DNA of 64,000 nt from Takakia lepidozioides (lineage: Eukaryota; Plantae; Bryophyta), in assembly GCA_030704615.1 (NCBI GenBank), contig CM060731.1:54808001-54872000 (forward strand), written 5' to 3'. Made by a program: the position numbers and the translations under genes. The notes under the pieces were generated by a model. That model was not told the origin of the DNA and did no database searches. It was given only the letters and a program-made list of their open reading frames with translations. This document shows, one piece after another, positions 40,596 to 50,049 of the stretch. Numbering within the stretch: the first letter of the stretch is position 1; every line of letters begins with the position of its first letter.

Positions 40596-41540
40596 GTCAT
40601 TTGCCTTCTGGACTTGTTTGGCGGGATCAGCACTCGGTTGGCTGCTATTCTGCAGGCAGGTGTACGAGTACGGCGTTACTTGTATGTGGAGAGGGATGAG
40701 ACCGCACGACGCATCTCACTCCGTCATGTTGTTCAGTTGGTGCAGCAGTACCCTGAGTTGTTGCCGGTGTTTGCAGTTCGTGGATATCAGCAGACCTTGC
40801 CAGCAGACATCTCTTTGCTGGGGGCGCAAGATTTGGAGCGGGTTGGCTCCATTGATCTGGTAGTGGTAGGTTGGCCCTACCAAGGGCATTCATCAGCCGG
40901 GCATGGCAATGGATTGCGAGACTCGAGGTCGGGTCTGTTTTGGGAGATGGTGCGGGTTTTGCGCCACTTACAGCTTCATCAAGCTGTATCTCCAGCATAC
41001 ATCTTGGAGAATGTGCCACTGATGGGCGATTCTCGAGCCAGGGTGATGGCCAGTGTGCATCAAGTCCGGTCGTGGCTTGGGTCAGCAGTGTTGCTGGATG
41101 CAGCTGCAGTGGGGTCACGGACTCATCCTCCACGGCTATGGTGGACTAACTTGATGCCACCCGCACTGCTCAAGCGTGCATTTGATGGGATGGAGCGGCC
41201 AGCACACCTCACAGTTGATAGCATCTTGGACACGGGGAGGCAGTCTCAGGGTGTGAGACACGATGACCGTCCGCCTTTGGCAGTGGTCAACAAGGTGGGT
41301 CAACCATGAGCAGCACTAGCTACACTGCTCAGCTTCCCAGGATCGCATGCTTTCCGGGATAGTGGACCTGGCCTCCTGTGGGATGCTCAGTTGCAGCAGT
41401 TAGTGGAGGCAAATACCGACGAGCGAGAGCGGGCTATGGGTTTTTCCACTGGGACCACGGCAGTGCCTTCTCTTTCTGAGGCATCACGTCGTCAGATGTT
41501 GGGGCAAGCAATGGATCTAAATTGCTTGACCTGGATTATC
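40596..41540 (+). pseudogene. Cytosine-5 DNA methyltransferase domain within the gypsy pol frame
   Basis: Motifs I LDLFGG, II YVERD, III ADI, IV GWP(Y)Q, V SGLFWEMVR, VI ILENV, VIII HPPRLWWTN, IX ERERAMGF and X RRQMLGQAM, all in one frame with one internal TGA (41307-41309). Confidence 0.9.
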
Positions 41541-43572
41541 AGCTTGGCTATGGCTGAGCAACGTAGAGTGCAAAGTGCACTTCCCTTGACGGTCTCTCTG
41601 CCTACCGAGACGGTACAAGTAGTGAGTGGGGACGAGCCGGTGAGGACCACGGGGTGTAGAAATCCATGGCACACGTGGGAGGTGCTCGAGGTTCAGAGGG
41701 AGTTGGCAGCCAAGGCGGCTGTGATGGATGAGGTTGGGGATTCTTCTCGGGTTGAGGAGGTCCTCAAGGATGAGATGATGGGGCAGGATGAGGCCTTGTC
41801 ATTGACTGAGCAGGCAGGGAATACTGCTCATGAGGTTGCGGCATAGCAACCATGGGACGCGTCTCCTACTTCTAAGTTTGATGGACTTAAGGTTGTAGTT
41901 ACGAAGGGCAATTGGGAGCCTGACATTGGACCCATTGTCACTAGAGGAGAGAGTTGACGTATACGGTGGTTCCTGAGGCTTACAGGAATTGCTTTGCCTC
42001 TCGTGCTACGGTGGAGGAGCATAAGAGACATGTTCAGGTTGTGCATCGACCGGGTTTGGTCAATAGGGATGCGGATGGAACGAGTCGCAATCCATGCACG
42101 AGCCAGCAGGATGACACTGGAGCTCGGTGGCATGGTGAGACGGACGAGGAGATGGTGCCAGGATGGCATGCATCTGCCTTTTTGTGTATCTTGGCATCGG
42201 GAGGTCAGGTTGGACCTACAACAGGGATGATTATAGACGGAGTGTCTGAGGACCCTGAGGCTAGTGATGAGCCAGGTGGTGCCAGAGATATACATGAGAA
42301 TTCGGTTGTGTTGAACTACCTCCGCACTTGAGACACGGCAGCTAGTGTGACTGCCAAGGAGAGGGATCAGATCCTGCAACGAGCCAAGAGGTTCAAGTGG
42401 GAGGGGATACACCTGCTTTGAGTATGGGAGGATGGTCGGGTGAGGATTGTGCCTCACCCAACACAGCGTGCACGGTTACTGCGGCATGCCCATGAGGAGT
42501 TGGGGCATTTTGGAGTACGACGCACTCATAGTTTACTGCAGGGGCAGTATTGGTGGCGTGGTATGCACACAGAGGTGCAACAGTTCGTGGCTAGGTGCAT
42601 GGTATGTGACAGGGTGCGTGCTTCATTCAACGCCCCTACACCACAGTTGCATCCATTACCCATCATGGGATTGGGCTACAGGTGGAGTCTTGACTTTGCA
42701 GGCCGTTGCCACTGACGATGCGCCACCAAAAATATGTGTTGGTGATGGTAGAGCACTTCTCCAAGTGGATTGAGTTGGTTCCATTGCCTGACAAGGCTAG
42801 TGAGGGGGATGCGTATGCATTCCTGGATCGTGTGCTTAGCCGATTCGGTGCTCCAGCTGAGGTACTCACGGACCAAGGGAGAGAGTTCTTGGGGGAGTTT
42901 CAGGCTTTGTGTGATAAAGCCTTAATAGACCACCGTACCACTTCTCGGGATCATCCTGAGGCCGATGGCTTGGCAGAGAGAGTGGTTCAGACAGTGAAGG
43001 GGGGTTTGCGCAAGTATGGCTTGCAAAAGGGACACCTAGGAGATTGGGATCTTTAGGTACCTTGGTTAGCCATGGGCTACAGGTTCAGCAAGCAAGCATC
43101 ACTGGCCTCCTTCTCACCATATTTCCTTCTCTTTGGCCAAGAGCCGGATTTGCCTGCATCTATTCGCAGGGAGGCTGCAGTAGTCATCAACCTTGATGAT
43201 CCGGATGTGTGGACACAAGCATGTGCCCAGCGGGCAGAGTTGTTCAAGAGAGTCATGCCTATGGCTTTGAGAATCTTGCTATTGCCCAACACCGAGACAC
43301 ATTGAGGTATGTCACTATACGTGGAGGGGAATATCGACCAGGTGTTCGGCGTTTCCACCCTAGGGACTATGTGTATCTGCAGTTGACAGTGCCTACGACC
43401 TTGGATGTCACAGCAGGACGTGTGATTCTAAGGGTCAGGGAGGTGTTGCCTTCAGGAGTGTTGATTCTGGAGGGTCGAGATGGCATGGTATGGAAGGACA
43501 ATGTGCATAATTGTGCGCCATGTCACCTTCCATATGTGGGTGGGAGGATAGATCCTACCTGCAGGATTGCGT

Positions 43573-43716
43573 TGCATGCTATATGGGCATGCTCGTGGTG
43601 CCGCCACTATGCTGGTGTGTGATCGATGCTCAAGAGGTTGGCACATGATATGCTTGACACCACCTCTTGAGAGGGTTCCTGATGGAGATTGGTTATGTCC
43701 ACACTGCTTGGGATAG
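43573..43716 (+). pseudogene. PHD finger at the integrase C-terminus (not shown in the ORF track)
   Basis: Manual translation from 43561: AGLRCML(Y)GHARGAATMLVCDRCSRGWHMICLTPPLERVPDGDWLCPHCLG*, a C4HC3 pattern with the second Cys changed to Tyr. Confidence 0.85.
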
Positions 43717-45592
43717 TGGCAATGGATATAACTAGTGGCAGCTCACAAGACATGGGAGGCCAAGCTCATAGGAGTCAATACCCAAGATCTCAGGCTCAAG
43801 TTCATAGGTTGCAAGATGGCGACTAACGATGGGGTAACTCTTATACCCGGCCTCTTGATCTATTGAGTTTGAGTGTAGTAGGGACAGTGGTGGAGGACTT
43901 AGTGAGGCTATGGCCACTATCACATCTTGTGGCTACCTGGACTTAGAGAGACCTAAACGCCAGCTAGGGGGCCGATTGTGATGGACTAGTGGCTGCACTA
44001 GTGGTGGCTAGTGGCAGCCTAGTGGTTGGACTAGTGGTTGCACTAATGGTGGCTAGTGGCAGACTAGTGGTTGGACTAGTGGCTGCACTAGTGGTGGCTA
44101 GTGGCTGCACTAGTGGTGACTAGTGGTTGTCTAGTGGCAGCCTAGTGACACACTAGTAGTGGACTAGTGATAGACTAGTGTTTGGGTGTGCACATGTGTT
44201 GTGTGGTTTTGGACAGCGATGTAGTTGTGTAGCGATATGTATGCGCACGACAGCTGTCAAGTTATTTTACCACCAGTGTGAAGTTAGCTAGGAGATGGCT
44301 AGCTTTCATATATTGACATTTGGGATTGACCCAAGTGTCAATCCAGTGGCCAATACATGTTTGGGCACCTGACGTTATCTTCACGGCAGATCGCGGTGGG
44401 CTCATCTTTCTCGAGTTGAGCCTCACCGCGTCTAGCTATGGCGCCGTAGTGTGGATTCCCCATGGCGTGGGGTGCACTTGGCTCGACTTAATATATGAGT
44501 GATGTTTTCATGTGCAAGTGTGTGAGTTTGAGAGAGCTTGTATGCTTGTATCATTCCCTTTCCTTATTGTGATGGATTAGTGGCAGCCTAGTGATGGACA
44601 GCGATGTAGTTGTGTAGTGATATGTATGCGCACCACACATGAGCCCCGCCAGCATCCAAAGAGGTTCGCAGTTTGAGAATGCTTTTGTTTCAGGTCCAGA
44701 AGCTTCAAAATCAGGGAGTTGGTATGTTGACTCTGGTGCGTCACAACGTTTGTCTTTTCAGAAAGATATATTCTCAGATTTGAAGGAGATTCCTAGGACT
44801 AGGATTTACATGGGAGATAATTCGATACAAGAGGCTGTGGGAAAAAAATCTATAGTTATTGACATGTAAGTCAATAGCAAGGTAGAAAAGGGTCGTCTGC
44901 ATGATGTGTTATTTGTGCCATGTTTGGCCAAGAACATTTTCTCAGTCAGTAAAACTACACTTATCTGTTGAGTTCAGTAGCCGAAATTGTCGGATCAAAG
45001 ATGATTCTGGAAAGATCATAGCAGAAGCTGTGAGGGATAGTAGACTGTACAGATTGCTTTGTAGCTCAGAGATGGCAGATGAATATGCTCATCTTGGAAG
45101 AGACCAAAAGCAAGATATGTCACTTTGGCACAAAAAAATGGGACATCCTAGTGTTTCAGGGCTTCAGCAAATGCAAAAACTTGATCTAGTGGATGGAATG
45201 GACGCTAGGTCATGTGAAGCTAATCTACAAGGTTGGAAAGGTTGCTTACTTGGCAAGCAGAAGAGACTTCCTTTTGCAAGTGGTGAAGCAAACAGAGCTT
45301 CTAAGCCCTTGGAGTTAGTGCACTCCGATATATGTGGACCCATGAAGAACAGCTCTTTGGGAGGCTGTAAGTATTTTGTCACATTCATTGATGATTGCAT
45401 TAGGAAGGTATGGTGCTACTTTCTGAAGCAGAAAAGTGAGGTGCTAAGTAAGTTCAAAGGAGTTCAAGGTGGGAGTAGAAACCTCAAGTGAGTGCAAGCT
45501 CAAGTAACTCAGAAGTGATAACAGAGGAGAATACATTTCTGGTAATTTTCGTCAGTACTGTACGCAAGAGGGAATTCATCAACAGTTCACTG

Positions 45593-45737
45593 TGTTGGAG
45601 GTGTCAAGGCTATAGCCTTTGCACGGCACTCTGAGAACAGAATGGGACGGGTAGCTCAGTGGTGGAGCACCCCACCAGAATGGAGGAGGTCCTAGGTTCA
45701 ATCCCTAGCCCGACCACACGCCAGTGGTTTTCCAACA
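45593..45737. mobile_element. 145-bp solo LTR containing a tRNA-like sequence, inserted in the copia integrase
   Basis: TGTTGGA...TCCAACA termini; TSD CACTG at 45588-45592 and 45738-45742. Removing the insert and one TSD restores QQFTAPYTPQQNG. Confidence 0.9.
45645..45716 (+). ncRNA. tRNA-like cloverleaf (not a canonical decoding tRNA)
   Basis: Acceptor stem GGACGGG/CCCGACC (1 mismatch), D arm GCTC-AGTGGTG-GAGC, anticodon arm CCCCA-CCAGAA-TGGAG (6-nt loop), T arm CTAGG-TTCAATC-CCTAG, discriminator A. Confidence 0.75.
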
Positions 45738-48099
45738 CACTGCACCATATACCCCTCAACAGAATGGGGTTGCTGAGAGGATGAATAGAACTCTGATTGA
45801 AAGTGCTACATCATGAGGGTCTTGGATACATGTTTTGGGCAAAAGCAATTGCGACAGCTGCTTACATCAGGAATAGATGCCCCACCAAGGTTGTGATAGG
45901 GGCAACACCAGAGGAAGCATGGTCCGGAAGAAGCATTTGTGAGTCTAAAGAAACTAGGTCCAAGCTTGAGCCAAAAAGCGCAAGATGCATTTTTGTTGGG
46001 TACTCAGGGGATGGCAAACACTACAAATTATGGATCCTAAGAAGAAAAAGATGGTGACCAGCTGGGATATAGTGGTATTGGAGAAAGCTACAGAAGTACC
46101 AGAGGCTGTCGATGAACAAATTTTGGAAACAAACTTTGAGGAGGAGCTGCCATTAGAGGTTTGGAATCCTTTGGAAGCACAAGAGCCAATGTGAGAAGTG
46201 GAGCCCTTACCATCCATTCAACCTATAGTGGCAGAATTGCAGCCAAGGAGAGGTGAGCGAATCAGAAAACCCACAAAGATCTTTGGAAGCTTTGTTGAGG
46301 ATGAAGCGGCCAACATTTTGGAAATGGAGGAACCCAAGAATGTTAAGGAAGCAAGAATGGGAGACCAAGCAAGGAGCTGAAGTCCCTGAAGGAGAACAAG
46401 ACTTGGAGATTGGCTACCTTACCACCTGGAAGACAACCCATTGGTTGTAAGTGGGTCTTCCGCATCAAGCAAAATGCTGGAGGAGAAGTGGAGAGGTACA
46501 AAGGCTCCACATTAGTGCCTAAGGGGTATGCTCAAACACAAGGCATTGATTTTAATGAAACGTTTGCTCATGTGGCTAAGTTTGTCTCCATTCGCACGAT
46601 GTTGGGTCTTGGAGCAATCCATGATTTGGAAATACATCAAATGGACGTAAAGACTGCCTTTCTCAATGGTGAGCTCGAAGAAGAGATTTACATGGGTTGC
46701 AAGTGAAGGAGAATGAGCAAACACTAGTTTGCAGGCTTCTCAAGACTCTCTACGGGTTGAAGCAGGTACCAAGAGCTTGGTACAAAAGGTTTGATAATTT
46801 CCTAGCAAAACATGGATTCCTACGATGTGATTCTAATCATAGCGTCTATGTTCTAGGAAGTGAAGAGAATATTTTGATCTTGGCAGTATATGTGGATGAC
46901 ATAATCTTCCTTTGCAAATCACTGGACAATGTCAATGAAATCAAGAAGATCTTGTCTTCTGAGTTTCCAATGACAGACCTTGGGGAAGCAAAGTATCTAT
47001 TAGGCATTCAGATCATAAGAGATAGAATGCAAGGAACCATTTCACTCAGTCAGGCTCACTACATCAGCCAGATCCTTAAGAGGTTCAATATGGAGGATTG
47101 CAACCCAATCTCTACTCCGCTGGAAGTTGGAAAAAGGTTATCCAAACAACATGAGCCCCAGACAAAGGAGGAGCAGGATGAGATGACTGAGATTCCATAC
47201 TGTCAAGCTGTTAGCAGTCTGATGTATGCTATGACAGGCACTAGACTAGATATAGCAGTTACAGTTGGAATGGTGAGTTAGTTTATGGCAAATCCGGGGA
47301 TTGCTCACTAGAAAGCAGTCAGGAGAATCTTCAGGTATTTGAAATAGACTCAACAGATTGTTCTGCAGTTTAAGGCTGGAGTAAATGATGCTTTGGAAGA
47401 CAGTTGTGATTCAGATTGGGGTGGGGACTTGGATAGTAGGAAGTCCACCACAGGTTATGCCTTTACTTTGGGCAGTGGTGCAATCAGCTGGAATAGTAAA
47501 AGCAACCTACAGTTGTTGTGTCTACTACAAAGGCTAAATACATGGCAGCTGCCCAAGTTGCAAAGGAGGTGATGTGGTTGCGAACGCTCTTGAATGAGCT
47601 GAACTTCATCCACATGAAAGCAACCCCAATCAAGAGCGATAACCAAGGTAGCCTTGCTTTGATTGAAAACCTAGTCTTTCATGCTCGAACCAAGCATGTT
47701 GATATTCAGCATCATTTTGTCAGGGAGCAAGTCCTTGCGCAAAAGATTGTCTTTCATTATTGTAAGACAGAGGAGCTGATAGCTGACATTTTGACAAAAT
47801 GTGGAACAATGCAGAATGCAGCTAGGGTTATTGAACAATGAAGATTCACAAAGTGGGGGTGTTAAAGAGTTTGTTCACTTCAGTGTAACTGATGCTCCTT
47901 GAATAGCAAGTTGGATATTGTTAGATACTTTTGCTATTCATGTCATGACAGACAGAGAAAAGGCAGATAAGTGCAGATAGGAATAACACTAGGACTTCAA
48001 ATAGAAATATCTAAAGTTGAGGTTTGTGTATTTATTGCACACATGATATTTTATTTTATATTTATTCGGGTAAAAATGGGCTTTGAGGCAACGAGCCAC

Positions 48100-49327
48100 C
48101 TCTACTATGTGATGGCCATGCCCATGAAGATTCTTTAGAACCTTTCTAGAGGTGGAGACCGACGTTGACCAAAAGACGATAGTCATGGGCCAGGTCATTA
48201 TAATAAACAAGATCAAAATGTGCAAATAAGATGTCAATTGGGCCACAGAAATCTTTGAAACCGTGCATGACTTTGACCATGCGCTTCTCACGTGATCAAC
48301 TAATCATTTAAGACTGCATTGATTGCCGCGGCTACATCTTGGAGTACCTCAAAAATAAATATTTTTATCAATTGGCAAACAACTTTGAGCAAGTTAACAA
48401 ACTGGAAACATGCACTCCAAAAGAACTTGAGATGCATGACTATGGCTAACTAAACATATGACTACACAGTCAAGAAAATAGTTAGAAATGAATAAAATAT
48501 TCGGCGTAGTCATGTGGGTGACTATACGACTTGAATGTGAGGTCAAACTTGGTTGACCATGGACATGTGATATGGTACATATCTTCGCCGCATTACAAGA
48601 TTTGGAATTTCCAAAAATGGCAATGTCAAATATAAAAGTATTATTTTAATGACCAATAGTCATATACAAGTCTATGACTGGATGACATGTCATAGTCATG
48701 TATCACTACATGACTACATAACTGTGACTGTGATGCCATATTGTATGGTATATATGACTAATAGTCATATAAACTGCTATGACTAGACCTGACTTAGTGA
48801 TGCTATAATGTGGAGGTCTTATATGGAAGTATATATTGTCTAGTAATGCGTGGGATGGTGTGGGGTCAATTGTCAACGGTCAATGCATATTTGAAATTTT
48901 GAACCGCCAAAATTTAAAATTTAGAATTTGAATCTTGAGTTTGAATTTGAATTTTTAATTTTTAATTTTTTTAATCATATTAGAGATCATATGACTGCCA
49001 TGTCATCGCCATATCACCACCACCTAGCAGTCGTCTCAATGTCGTATGGACACATGTCTATGAGGCCCTCGGTGCATGTTCGCCACGTGGATGTCTGTAG
49101 TCATCACAACGTTGGACCCTAATATATATGACTACACGTCAGCCTCTAGTCAGCTCGCTCAGATGACACATCATTGGGTCTTGGAGTCAATCATGGGATA
49201 TATGATTGTAAGGTACATATGTTTACATTTGCTTAACGACGAAGGCTTTACGACTGCTAGTCATAAAGGACTTACTACTTAAAATAGTCATGAAACCCAA
49301 TCGTGAAACCCTGTTTTTCTTGCAGTG
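48100..49327. mobile_element. CACTA/CACTG-type right terminus with subterminal repeats
   Basis: Ends TTTTTCTTGCAGTG (reverse complement CACTGCAAGAAAAA); dense ATGACT/AGTCAT motifs upstream. The left boundary is approximate. Confidence 0.55.
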
Positions 49328-49470
49328 ATGAGATCTTGATGAGATAGTTTGTAGATTGTGCATGCAATGGTAATGATGATATGTATGATAATTTTGTAAT
49401 TGATGTCATGTTTGCATACAAATGGTTTTAATTTTTGGATCAGCTCAAAAAGGTTTTTTTGGATATATGA

Positions 49471-49860
49471 CACTACTGCAAAAGGGGGGTTTGCGACGCC
49501 CCGCCGTTGGCGGGCACGTGCCAGCGACGGCGGCGTCGCGCAGCATCTTGCGGCGCGTGAGGTCAGCCCCAGCGTCGGGCGTACCCAACGACGCTTGCCG
49601 TCAAACGATGCGAGGCCGGGGGGTCGCAACATTTTATTTTTTATTTTATTTTCGTTGGGGCACTCGACGCTGCACCGCCAGCTGCTTGGGGGGCAGTAGC
49701 TGGGGCGCGCGGCGCTGCAAGGCCAGCTATTGGGGAGTAATTGTTGAGGCAACGATGCCCCGACCTCTCATTTTTATTTTTATTTTTATTTTTATTTCAG
49801 CATTGCGACCACCACACACCCCCCGGACGGAGGTTGCAATTCCACGGCGTCACAAGAGGG
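49471..49860. mobile_element. CACTA-type left terminus fragment
   Basis: Starts CACTACTGCAAAAGGGGGGTTTGCGACG with repeated GCGACG/CGTCGC motifs. Confidence 0.55.
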
Positions 49861-49901
49861 ACCCTCTTAGAAGGTACTTGGAAGAAATCTTGATTTGTAT
49901 A

Positions 49902-50030
49902 TATTCTAGCAACGACCGAAGGTCGGAAGCTAGTTTAGCGTAGAGCAGGAATAGGGTGCCATAGTGCCTCGTCATCGTCGCCACGTTTCGTCGTCATCAG
50001 TTTTCGTCGGACCTGCCCGGCCTGCCCGAA
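49902..50030 (+). repeat. Hairpin-CTAG repeat head, copy 2
   Basis: Near-identical to 12146-12300. Confidence 0.6.
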
Positions 50031-50049
50031 AACCCAGAACCTTTCTTGA

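Larger units (their letters stand above)
40060..44637 (+). mobile_element. Defective Ty3/gypsy LTR retrotransposon encoding a C5 DNA methyltransferase and a C-terminal PHD finger
   Basis: In order: protease C-terminus (YDVLVGG, about 40110), DNMT, RT/RNase H remnants (TVEEHKRH; HRPGLVNRDADG.SR), integrase H2C2 and DDE core (SLDFAG, TDQGREF, DGLAER), PHD, PPT AGGGGG near 43966, and LTR 43977-44637 (TGTG...CACA). Confidence 0.9.
44638..47988 (+). mobile_element. Ty1/copia remnant (protease to RNase H, plus probable short 3' LTR)
   Basis: WYVDSGAS, LWHKKMGH, LELVHSDICGP, PQQNG.AER, CKWVF, QMDVKTAFL, LYGLKQ, VYVDD, RTKHVDIQHHFVRE and ADILTK; PPT AAGTGGGGG followed by TGTTA...TAACA (47860-47988); many frameshifts. 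Confidence 0.9.

Noticed and set aside
40146-41309. Host DNMT3/DRM gene or bacterial restriction-modification contamination
   Set aside because: Continuous with gypsy protease and integrase sequence, shows plant-TE-like decay, has no partner endonuclease and no PWWP/UBA domains.
43986-44180. CRISPR-like array
   Set aside because: Units are only about 9-12 bp with no unique spacers; it is an LTR minisatellite in eukaryotic DNA.
45645-45716. Functional tRNA gene
   Set aside because: 6-nt anticodon loop without the conserved U33, mismatches in the acceptor and anticodon stems, and location inside a TSD-flanked LTR.
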